Positions 1 through 8,780 of a stretch of DNA of 64,000 nucleotides are shown in pieces (positions within the stretch are counted from its first letter, which is position 1; each line of letters opens with the position of its first letter). The stretch lies in the IMG/VR virus record IMGVR_UViG_3300014656_000015; one strand, 5' to 3'. Both the position numbers and the translations under genes were made by a program. The notes beneath the pieces are model-generated. The model did not search any database. It saw only the letters and a list, made by a program, of their open reading frames with translations, and was not told the origin of the DNA. The stretch comes from a virus.

Positions 1-687
1 CTCGACGATCCCGGCGTCAGCAGTGGCACACAGCCCACGGCGCAGCGTGGCGCTGGCCAGACTCCCGACGCACGCCGCACCGAGCGGTGCTACGCCCCCC
101 GTCCACACATAGGTCTCGGTGTCACCGTCCCGGCGCAGGCCGTACCGGTCCACGCCGCCTGCCGTCCACTGGTGGCGGAAAAAGCAGAGGGCGTCGATGG
201 CCCCGATGGTCCCCGAGATGTCGAGGTTCGTCCACGCAACGGGCATCGCCCCCGGCCCAAATACAGTCGTCCCGCCGGGTGCCCCGGTGTCGGTCCAGTC
301 GAGGTAGCCGAGCAGCCACAGCGACCTCGGAGCGCCGACGATGGCGGCGTTCGCCGAGAATCCGACCAGGCCGGCTGCGTCTGTCGGGAGGAGCGCGCCC
401 ATGTATTTCGGGATGCCCGACGCCCCCGGATCGTCGGGTACGCTGGAGCAGCACCCCTGGCCGTCGCCGACCAGCGGCATCCAGTCCGCCGCGTCGTCCT
501 GCGGCCTCACGGCCTCGTGCGCCGCCCAGCCGCCACCGTGAGTGTACGCGATCAGCGCGAGCACGCGAGCGCCGGGCAGTCCGGTCGGCGCGCCGAGGTG
601 GTCGAGGGTGAGGTCGACGGTCTCCCACCCGCCGGGGTACGCACCCGCGTTCAGGATCAGCGTCGGACCTATCGGGTGCCAAGCCAT
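1..687 (-). CDS. hypothetical virion/tail-associated protein, runs off the window edge (not in ORF track)
   Basis: ATG at 687 behind a purine-rich RBS (GGAGTAGGGAAGGATAA); frame open to position 1 (MAWHPIGPTLILNAGAYPGGW...). Confidence 0.75.
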   Translation of the reverse strand, partial: MAWHPIGPTLILNAGAYPGGWETVDLTLDHLGAPTGLPGARVLALIAYTHGGGWAAHEAVRPQDDAADWMPLVGDGQGCCSSVPDDPGASGIPKYMGALLPTDAAGLVGFSANAAIVGAPRSLWLLGYLDWTDTGAPGGTTVFGPGAMPVAWTNLDISGTIGAIDALCFFRHQWTAGGVDRYGLRRDGDTETYVWTGGVAPLGAACVGSLASATLRRGLCATADAGIVE

Positions 688-697
688 TTATCCTTCC

Positions 698-1027
698 CTA
701 CTCCTTCGTCCCTGCGCCGACAGCATTGACACCCAAGAGAGCATCCCAGATCAAGCCACGCAGCAGTTTGTCCATCGCTTTTGATGATCCCTTGGCATCA
801 AGCAACGGCTGAAGCACCGCCCTCGGGATCGTCGTCTCGTGGGCCACGACCGGGACGAAGTCACCTGACTTCTTGTAGCCCTCGCACCAGGTCACACGAG
901 CCTGGGGTGTGTCACTCGCCCTGGAGTCGAGCACGAACTCGACGCGGACGATCTCATACTCATCGAGATCCTTCGGTTGCTTCACTGTCTCTTCGCCCTG
1001 CGTCGGAACGTCTGGTTTGAATCCCAT
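698..1027 (-). CDS. hypothetical protein
   Basis: GGAGG RBS, in operon directly after the tail fibre gene. Confidence 0.7.
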   Translation of the reverse strand: MGFKPDVPTQGEETVKQPKDLDEYEIVRVEFVLDSRASDTPQARVTWCEGYKKSGDFVPVVAHETTIPRAVLQPLLDAKGSSKAMDKLLRGLIWDALLGVNAVGAGTKE

Positions 1028-1039
1028 CTCGATTCCTCC

Positions 1040-3640
1040 CTATGGGCGCACGACCAGCGCGCCGCCGCCAACGAGCACAGTATCCCCAGGTGCGCCGCCA
1101 GCAAGCGTCACCCTGACCTCGTACATGCGGGCCGCATTGCTCATGACGTTAGGTGCCGGACCCGCTGCCGACACGGTGAGCGGAGTCGATAGACGCTGCG
1201 GACCGCCAGGCACAGCAGTCGTGAGCGACGCTACCGGGGAAGGAACACCGGGTGGACCAGCAGCAGGACCGACGTCGTAGAGCGTGACGACAGCCACGCC
1301 CGCTGAGACCATGGCAACCACCACCTCGAAATAGACCGGCCCGGCACCGTTCAAAACGGGGGCCGCGAGATACCACGACGAAGGATCAATCGTGGCCCAG
1401 CCGATGAGGTCGTCGGTTGGCCCCAGAGCCGGCTCGGTGTAGAGGTACTGTGACACGAAGTCCCGAGCGAAGCCGATGGGCCGGTTCAGTCCCGTGAGGA
1501 CGACGCTAGGACCGAGACCTCGCGTCAGCTTGCACCCCAGCATTGTGCCGGGATATGGCCCAACCGCTGCGGTGACGTCGTAGTTGGCGACGGCAGCAAT
1601 GATACGGACGCCGGTCAACTCCCAATCCAGACCGATCTGGACATTGACGCCGTGACCCGCACTGCTGATGAAGCCGCCGCACATCCGGAACATGGCGGCA
1701 GCCGTCGTGGAGAGATACACGGCTTGGGCGCCCGTGTTCTGGATCGCGCAGTCATACAGCTCGTAGTAACCACCCTTGGAGTAGAACTCAGCACCAAGGA
1801 CGCAGTCCCAGAACCGCACCGAGGAGACCCCAGCCGCCACCTCCGAGTACCAGGCGTAACGATTCGATGCCGGGTTCACATGGGTGAAGGAGCAGGAGAA
1901 GAACTCTATGCCCACGACCTGGTTCAGGTAGACCACGGGGGAGAACGCCACGTCCCATGCGCGATGGAAGGTGACGTTCCGAAACTTGACGCTGGAGACA
2001 GCACCACCAGCCATCAGGCACCGCCCCGTCGCCACCGGGTCGCTGGCGTAAACCGAAAGGTCTCGGACACTCACATTGCTATGCGAGATCGTGAGCGCGG
2101 TGCCCGCAGCCGGGTTGAGGATGGTCACACCCTGGCCCGACCCCTCGAAGTCAACGTACTGCGACGTCGTCGTGACCGCGTTCGTGTAGATGCCGGGGCC
2201 GATCCGAATCACGATGCGATTGCTCGCGGTCGGCGTCAGGGCAAGCGCAGCGGCCTGGGCCGCAGCAATCGTGAGCTTGGCCTCCTTCTGACTATATCCG
2301 CTGCTACCGTCGTGGCCATGCTTTCCGACATAGATCGTCTTCTGCTCCGGCACGAGGGAGAAGACCCTGGAGATGCCAGCCGAGCTCCGAGTCCCTAGAA
2401 TGAAGTTGCTGTTCAACTCCAGCATGGCGGGCGCAGCCACGGCATAGGCCACCGTGGTCTCCAACAAGTTACAGAACAGGCTGATGCTGCCCTGGACCAC
2501 ATTGATGCCGGTACCCGTCCCGGCTCCGGCTCCGGTTTCCAGGATGTGCGCGATCCGGCCTACCAGCGTTCCGGCCCCCGTCCTCGCAACCGCTGTCGAG
2601 GCAGCGCCCGCCAGGTAGATCGCCTCACCTGTAATCCTGGTATAACCGTTGGGACCGGCGATGCTGCCAACGCCGTAACTTCCGGCACCCACGGTGATCG
2701 AGTCGAACTCCGCGAGCAGTTCCCCGGCCACGGCGAGGTTCACGAGACCGATACTTCCATCCCCAGCAACCAGACCCCGGAAGAAGGCGTGGCTAGCGGC
2801 CACACCACCAACCAGTTTCCGAACAGCCCCGGTAACTCCGTTCCCAGCCACCACCGACCCGACTCGCACATCGCTGTAGTCGTTCAGGGCCACGAATCCA
2901 GTGATCTGGGCACTGGGTGCCCAGAGGCTCACGTAGCTGGGAAGCGTCACGTTCTCGATGTAGATGCCGGAGTCGGCGCAGACAACGACGTATGGATTAC
3001 CGGGTCCGGCCCCGTCGGCGACAGCCTGCGCAACGGCTGCCGTGATCGTGAGCTTTGCCAGCGCTGGAGAGGTGCCGGCGTTGGCGTCGTTGCCATGTTT
3101 CCCGACATGGATCGTTTGCTGCTCGGTCCACCCCCCCGCAAAGGGTCCGACCCAGGCCGCGCCATCGTCCACGTAGAGGCCAGCCGGAGCCCCGCTCTGG
3201 AACGCGACGCGTCCCTGGGAGCCCGCTGCGGGAAGTGCCACGTGGATCGGGACCAGCAGGGAGGCGGCGGGGTCGCTGAAGTCGGCACCGCCCTGGGTCC
3301 AGAGCAGCCCGGAGTAGTCGAGGTAGGCCAGCTCGGTGTAGGCGGGGGGAGCCGCGTCGTAATCATCACCAATGCTCAGGATCTTGCCAGCCAGGAAGTT
3401 GTTGCGGGCCAGGAGCTGGAGAGCGGTTCCACCCGAGGCAGCAGGGCTCAGCAGACCACCGGGCCCACGACCCGCCACTCCGGCTCCCAGCAACTCCAGG
3501 GAGGCCCCGATGTAGGTCTGGAGCTGCCGGATCTGCTCGTCCTGGTAGTTGAAGTCATCGTCGTGGACAATATCTACGCCATCGGCTCGGGCCTCAGGAG
3601 CATCGACGGAGAGCGGGTAGTCAGTTGTCGGAAACCCCAA
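1040..3640 (-). CDS. tail fibre/tailspike-like protein with right-handed beta-helix (pectin-lyase-like) regions
   Basis: 866 aa, G/A/V-rich; two copies of TI[HY]VGKHG.D...G....AKLTI.AA, the second followed by IRIGPGIY, typical of the cap before a beta-helix; GGAGG RBS before TTG. Confidence 0.65.
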   Translation of the reverse strand: MGFPTTDYPLSVDAPEARADGVDIVHDDDFNYQDEQIRQLQTYIGASLELLGAGVAGRGPGGLLSPAASGGTALQLLARNNFLAGKILSIGDDYDAAPPAYTELAYLDYSGLLWTQGGADFSDPAASLLVPIHVALPAAGSQGRVAFQSGAPAGLYVDDGAAWVGPFAGGWTEQQTIHVGKHGNDANAGTSPALAKLTITAAVAQAVADGAGPGNPYVVVCADSGIYIENVTLPSYVSLWAPSAQITGFVALNDYSDVRVGSVVAGNGVTGAVRKLVGGVAASHAFFRGLVAGDGSIGLVNLAVAGELLAEFDSITVGAGSYGVGSIAGPNGYTRITGEAIYLAGAASTAVARTGAGTLVGRIAHILETGAGAGTGTGINVVQGSISLFCNLLETTVAYAVAAPAMLELNSNFILGTRSSAGISRVFSLVPEQKTIYVGKHGHDGSSGYSQKEAKLTIAAAQAAALALTPTASNRIVIRIGPGIYTNAVTTTSQYVDFEGSGQGVTILNPAAGTALTISHSNVSVRDLSVYASDPVATGRCLMAGGAVSSVKFRNVTFHRAWDVAFSPVVYLNQVVGIEFFSCSFTHVNPASNRYAWYSEVAAGVSSVRFWDCVLGAEFYSKGGYYELYDCAIQNTGAQAVYLSTTAAAMFRMCGGFISSAGHGVNVQIGLDWELTGVRIIAAVANYDVTAAVGPYPGTMLGCKLTRGLGPSVVLTGLNRPIGFARDFVSQYLYTEPALGPTDDLIGWATIDPSSWYLAAPVLNGAGPVYFEVVVAMVSAGVAVVTLYDVGPAAGPPGVPSPVASLTTAVPGGPQRLSTPLTVSAAGPAPNVMSNAARMYEVRVTLAGGAPGDTVLVGGGALVVRP

Positions 3641-3697
3641 TGCGCGCCTCCAGGCTCCATCCTAGTATATCGTCAAGGAGGGTGTCATACTACCAGC

Positions 3698-4012
3698 ATG
3701 CGATTCAAGGTGCGAGATCAGGACGAGCTCCAGGAAATCCTTGACGGGGAGACCGACATCCTGACCGGCCTGGTCGCGGCGGACGACGAGATCTACCGCA
3801 ACGCGACCTGCCCCAGGTGCCAGGGGCTCACCATGAAGGAGGTCGATGTCCAGCAGTACCTCCGCAGCGGGGCGCAACGCCCGATCCCGACCTACTGTTG
3901 CCGCTGTGCGGAGTGCGGCTGTCTCTTCTCCCCGTTCACCGGGGTCATCATCGAGATGGGCAACCTGGGTCGCCTCGTTCCGCGATACCCACTGGTTCAA
4001 CCCGAGGACTAG
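3698..4012 (+). CDS. small zinc-ribbon protein
   Basis: C-terminal 104 aa of track ORF 2546..4012; ATG at 3698 after AAGGAGG; CPRC...CAEC pairs. Confidence 0.7.
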   Translation: MRFKVRDQDELQEILDGETDILTGLVAADDEIYRNATCPRCQGLTMKEVDVQQYLRSGAQRPIPTYCCRCAECGCLFSPFTGVIIEMGNLGRLVPRYPLVQPED

Positions 4013-7000
4013 ATGGACCGGGTCAGCCCGATGTAGGAGGTCAGCCCGTCCGGGGAGCCGTCCGCGATCAAAGCGTTGAGCCGGCTCGTGGACACCGCGT
4101 CCTCCGACCGCTCGCTCCAGATGGTCCGGTCCGCCCGATGCAGCACGGCAAACAGGGTGACCGGGTACGTGATCTTGGTCGCCCCCATCTGGATCAACCG
4201 AGTCACCAGGGCCGAGAGCTCGAGCTGGTCATCGGGGAGCGTGCTCTCGATGAGTGGAATCAGGGCCGCCCGAACATTCTCCTCGGTGTCCCCGCCCCGA
4301 TACTGGATCTCGGTACGAATGAAGGTGGGGAGCAGGGCACGGACCAGCGGGCTGTGACAGGTGATGCGACGATTCAGGGCCCGGACATAGTCATGGATCT
4401 GCTCCACGATGGCGTCTTGCTCATAGCTCACCTGGATCGACTGTCCCGTGATCTCTTCTTTCTGGGTCGGGTCGTCATCGGCCCCCGCGATCAAGACCCT
4501 GGGCGAGATGTCCATCCAGAGCACTTCGGCCATGGAGTAGGCCAGGCTCACATCCTCGGTGCGTAGGGCCCAGCCCTCGCTCTCATAACCAGTTAGCGTG
4601 GCCTGGTACTCCGGGGGGATGTTGTACTGATTACCGTGCCCCTCCGAGACGCACTCCACATCCCAGTAGTAGAGCCCGAGCTCATCCACGCCCCGATCCA
4701 ACATCTGAGTGGAGCCGATCCGCTGCAGTCCGAGACGGCTGATGCGGACGTAGTGGCCGAGCTCGGCCCCGACGGGGCCGCCGGCCATCGCACCGCACAC
4801 CCAGGCACCACCATCCATATCGGTCAGTGTCAACCCCCCGGTCGGGAAGGCAGCGAGCACGCTGACCAGATAGAACCCCTTCTCCGGACTGTCATTGTCC
4901 GTGTCGGTTCCAGCAAAGGTGTTGGGCGGCAACCAGGGGTTGAAGGTCTGACGATTGACCCCGAGGATCGTGTCGGTGCAGTCCGAGACCCCGGCTGCCG
5001 AGTTGTCCAGGATCGTTATGGGCCGATCCGCACGGAGCATGAGGTAGGCCGTACCCGGCGCCGCAGCCGGTTCATACTTGCCCGCAGCCGGGTATCCGAT
5101 CTCGTTGTTGATCTGCGTGATGATGGCGTCGATGCCCAGCGCGGTGCCGCTGAAGACCACGGTCTCCGCACCGTAACCGACATCGACTTGGATGCTCAAT
5201 CCATCCAGGTTGAGGGCCCCGGCGACGATCAAATCCTCCGATCCGACAAGCGGGGCGTAGCTGATCTCGACCCGGTCCCCGAGCTCGAGCTCGTGCAGCA
5301 TCAGGTCCAGGTTGACCGCTGCTACCGAGTAAGGCAGGACGACGCCCGAGGCCGGCGTCAGCGTGACGGTGGGGACCGTGACCAGGGTCGGCAGGTACTG
5401 ATACCGCACCGTCGGGCTGGGGCGGAACCCAAGCTCCTGCACCCCGGTGTCCACCACGAATCGAGCCGTATCGCTGTCCATCCAGATCGTCAAGGGCTCC
5501 AGGAAGTAGAGCCGGAAGCTGCCGTAGGAGGGCGCCCCGCACACATACTCCATGCCGGCTGCGGCCCAGGGCAGCGCGGAGTCGAGACGGAGCTGGTTCG
5601 AGCTCAGCGCCGAGGCCGGGTCCCCGCCCACCTCGAGCACCGTGTAGAAGCCCTGGTTGTCGCTGGTCAGCACGTTGACAATGTCACCGGGCCGGACCCC
5701 GAGCGCCCAGTAGTCCAGGCTGAGGACGGGCAGTGAGCTCGTCACCACGTCGTCGTTGGGTGGGGCCTCCCGGGTCAACGTGTCCAGGGTCACGTCGACC
5801 GCGGTGCCCGCCTTGGACTCATTGCCCGGGTTCTGGAAGCTGAAGGAGCGGATGTCCACTGGATGCCGGTAGGGTACGTAGGAACCGGTCGGGGTAAGAC
5901 TGGAGTCGAGGAGCTCGACCTGGGTGACCCGGAGCAGGGGCAGGTCTATTCCGTCCAGCTTGCGGTAGATCTCGTACTGGAGCGGGCTCGCCGTATGCGG
6001 AATGCTGCTCTGCAGCGTGATCTGGTTCCCGGCCACACCGCCCGCCACGATACTGTATTCCCCCGCATCGCTCCCGTTCAGGATACGAACCAGGTCCGTG
6101 TCGACCACACCGACCACCCCGAAGTCGGGCACGCCGCTGACCGTCTCCACAACTGCCAGGCCGGCCACGGTGCGTAGATCGGAGCCGGTGTACCGCATCT
6201 CCCGAGGCGTCACCAGGTTGATGTCAACGTCATCCACCAGCAGGAACGAGATCGTGCTCGTGGTCGCCGTCATGTCCTGGCCCAGTCGGACCTGGTACGG
6301 GGGACCCCCGGCCACCTTCTCGATCACGCGGTACGCTCCCTGGTCCGGGCTCTGCTCGAGGTAGAGCGAGGTGCGGCCCTCGACGATCAAGGCCCACTCC
6401 GCTGCGGTGAGGTCCTGGAGCGTGACCACTGCACTACCCAGAATGGTCCGTGCATCCTCTCTCCTGGCAATGACCGCCTCATCGGACACCAGCGGCAGCG
6501 CCACGGTGAGTCGGTCCACGACGTTGCCGCGGACATAGATATCGGTGCAGCCCCCCACGTGAATCGTGTCAGTGGGCACATCGAGCGTGGTTCCGCCGTA
6601 GACATCGGGGAACAGGATGCCACCGGGAATGCTGGAGAGGGTGATCGACCGCTGCCGGATGTGCCAGTACGCACCAGCCAGGGAGTCGGCCAGCCGGTCC
6701 GCACCCGCATAGGCACTGGAGACCCGCACCCGGGTCGCGCCGATCACGCTCCCCAGCACGTAGTCCACGGGACCCGTCGCGGTCTCCACGACCAGGGTGT
6801 AGGAGGAGAGGTCGGTCCCGACCGGGCCCAGGGCCACCGTGAAGTCCACGCTTCCGGCCTGGTCGAAGAACGGAGTGTAACCGTCCGCATCGCCGTCGTC
6901 TGACGTGGTACCGTCCGACGCGCCGGCGTCGGAGCAGACCACGGCCCCGAGGCTCCCGCCCACCAGGACGTCCCGCTCCATCTCGTCGTCGTTGAAGCCC

Positions 7001-7815
7001 ACCACCTGGACCAGACGAAGCGCATCGAAGTCCGGGAACAGGGCACCGTTCACACCGGCCACCGTGTTGAGGCTGCGCTCCCCTATCGAGATCTGGGCCC
7101 GATCCACGAACTCGCTGGTCGTCTCGCTCTCATCTCCGGGAAGGGCCCGGAGCAGGTTCGTCGCGCTCCGCGCCGCCGCGATACCGCGCACCCCGATGAT
7201 GGCGCTGGCCTCGATGTTGTACGAGGTGCCGGGGCGCTCCGCACGATAGCTCGTGTCGAAGTAGTAGAGGTCGCCATCCAGGTTCATGAGCATGGCCGCC
7301 GCCGTTATCCGCTGCGCCCTGGTGGGCAGGAAGCGAAGTCCGGAGGCGGTGTAGGCCACGTTGGCCGAACCGATCTGGATGTCCACCGGATTCTGGAACC
7401 GGATGCGGACCGTGACCGTGGCATAGCTGCCCTGGTCCCGGGTGAAGAAGAGGTTGCTCAGCAGCTCGTCGGCCTCCTCCGAGAGCAGACTGGATGGATA
7501 CTTCAGGGTCAGCCGGTTCCGGACCGCCCGGTTCTCCCGACGAATCGGCTCGAGGAGCACCCGGGACGGCTTCACCAGGGTGTCGGAGAGCGCGGACCCG
7601 CTACCGAACTCCATCTCGGGGTATGCCTGCTGAAGCCGGGTCAGGAGAAAGGCTTGCAGGTCGGACTCGATGAAATCCGGGGACAGGACCCGGAGCAGCG
7701 GCTCGATGACCTGGGTGTACGCCGGAGACCCCGAGTTGATGTCCAGGGTCGGGCTGAAGGCCAGAAGACGCTCCTCGATGAAGGTCCGCCAGCGGGCGGA
7801 TAGGGTCTGCGCCAT
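4009..7815 (-). CDS. large baseplate wedge protein (baseplate-J-like N-terminus)
   Basis: 1268 aa; N-terminal GSALSDTLVKP...FFTR.QG..ATV.V...F...GTSYNI...E...E...R pattern like baseplate J/wedge proteins; structural context. Confidence 0.6.
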   Translation of the reverse strand: MAQTLSARWRTFIEERLLAFSPTLDINSGSPAYTQVIEPLLRVLSPDFIESDLQAFLLTRLQQAYPEMEFGSGSALSDTLVKPSRVLLEPIRRENRAVRNRLTLKYPSSLLSEEADELLSNLFFTRDQGSYATVTVRIRFQNPVDIQIGSANVAYTASGLRFLPTRAQRITAAAMLMNLDGDLYYFDTSYRAERPGTSYNIEASAIIGVRGIAAARSATNLLRALPGDESETTSEFVDRAQISIGERSLNTVAGVNGALFPDFDALRLVQVVGFNDDEMERDVLVGGSLGAVVCSDAGASDGTTSDDGDADGYTPFFDQAGSVDFTVALGPVGTDLSSYTLVVETATGPVDYVLGSVIGATRVRVSSAYAGADRLADSLAGAYWHIRQRSITLSSIPGGILFPDVYGGTTLDVPTDTIHVGGCTDIYVRGNVVDRLTVALPLVSDEAVIARREDARTILGSAVVTLQDLTAAEWALIVEGRTSLYLEQSPDQGAYRVIEKVAGGPPYQVRLGQDMTATTSTISFLLVDDVDINLVTPREMRYTGSDLRTVAGLAVVETVSGVPDFGVVGVVDTDLVRILNGSDAGEYSIVAGGVAGNQITLQSSIPHTASPLQYEIYRKLDGIDLPLLRVTQVELLDSSLTPTGSYVPYRHPVDIRSFSFQNPGNESKAGTAVDVTLDTLTREAPPNDDVVTSSLPVLSLDYWALGVRPGDIVNVLTSDNQGFYTVLEVGGDPASALSSNQLRLDSALPWAAAGMEYVCGAPSYGSFRLYFLEPLTIWMDSDTARFVVDTGVQELGFRPSPTVRYQYLPTLVTVPTVTLTPASGVVLPYSVAAVNLDLMLHELELGDRVEISYAPLVGSEDLIVAGALNLDGLSIQVDVGYGAETVVFSGTALGIDAIITQINNEIGYPAAGKYEPAAAPGTAYLMLRADRPITILDNSAAGVSDCTDTILGVNRQTFNPWLPPNTFAGTDTDNDSPEKGFYLVSVLAAFPTGGLTLTDMDGGAWVCGAMAGGPVGAELGHYVRISRLGLQRIGSTQMLDRGVDELGLYYWDVECVSEGHGNQYNIPPEYQATLTGYESEGWALRTEDVSLAYSMAEVLWMDISPRVLIAGADDDPTQKEEITGQSIQVSYEQDAIVEQIHDYVRALNRRITCHSPLVRALLPTFIRTEIQYRGGDTEENVRAALIPLIESTLPDDQLELSALVTRLIQMGATKITYPVTLFAVLHRADRTIWSERSEDAVSTSRLNALIADGSPDGLTSYIGLTRSI

Positions 7816-7816
7816 G

Positions 7817-8467
7817 TCACAGGCTCCATCTCACGGCAGTATTCTTGCCAGCCTCGTTCCCCAGACCCAGCCGTGCCATCAGACGCAGCGTGCTCGGGTT
7901 GTGCGCCGTATCCAGAACCCGGGCATAGCGCAGCCTCTCGCTTGGACGCAACCTGGGATTGGCCAGTTGCACCTTGCGGATCTGTGTCATGGTCCGCCCG
8001 ACCGCAGCGTGCAAGTCGGTCGTCACGAACGTCGGGGAGTTGCTGGTGCCCCCCATCCCTAGAACCCGAAGCAGGCCCCCACCCAGCCTCTCGAAGATGT
8101 CGGAATCCGGGTCCTGAAGCAGGACCTTCAGGAAGAGCTGGATCAACTTCTCCATACCGTCCACGGTGCGGGGATGCGTACCGAGACGAAATTCGATCAG
8201 GCTCCGCTCGGTCCGGGTCAGCCTGGTGCTCAGCACGGAGGCGGAGCGGAGCGGTTGATTGACCTGGCTCTCCGGGATCTGGGCCAGAAGCCGGGTATCG
8301 CTACTCACGAAGACTGACGGGGAGGAGATCTCGTTGATGTAGACCTCGGAGGCGTATGCGAAGTCAACCCCCTCTATCAGGAAGGTCGGTGGGGACAGGT
8401 CCGGCACCCGACGCACCGCGGTCAGCTTGAGGATGTCCCGGATCTCCACGATTTGAAGATCAACCAT
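7817..8467 (-). CDS. baseplate protein (IPT/Ig-like N-terminus, gp25-like C-terminus)
   Basis: GMEKLIQLFLKVLLQDPDSDIF..LGGGL and ERLR motifs resemble gp25-like wedge proteins; adjacent to wedge gene. Confidence 0.5.
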   Translation of the reverse strand: MVDLQIVEIRDILKLTAVRRVPDLSPPTFLIEGVDFAYASEVYINEISSPSVFVSSDTRLLAQIPESQVNQPLRSASVLSTRLTRTERSLIEFRLGTHPRTVDGMEKLIQLFLKVLLQDPDSDIFERLGGGLLRVLGMGGTSNSPTFVTTDLHAAVGRTMTQIRKVQLANPRLRPSERLRYARVLDTAHNPSTLRLMARLGLGNEAGKNTAVRWSL

Positions 8468-8780
8468 CCCCGGTGTCCTCTTCTGTCGCCGCTGTGTTGG
8501 CGCTGTCGGACTCGGACAGGGAGAACGTGCTCTCCGGCAACAGCCGGATCCGCTCCACGGCCCGCTCCACCTCCTGCTGCAGCGCCAGGATAGCGTTGAT
8601 CCGCGCCGGTCGAATGTCGCTCTGATCCTCGGTGAGTGCCCGAATATAGTCAGCGATCACGTTCTCGAAAGAAACCGCTCCGGCTGCCGCCGTGGCCTCC
8701 ATGCCACGGACGAACGAGAAGCCCTCGGCCAGCGTCATCCGGAGCTGATCGACGGCTCTCTGGTCCTGATCCTCACTCAT
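8460..8780 (-). CDS. hypothetical protein
   Basis: Overlapping start/stop coupling with both neighbours. Confidence 0.7.
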   Translation of the reverse strand: MSEDQDQRAVDQLRMTLAEGFSFVRGMEATAAAGAVSFENVIADYIRALTEDQSDIRPARINAILALQQEVERAVERIRLLPESTFSLSESDSANTAATEEDTGDG

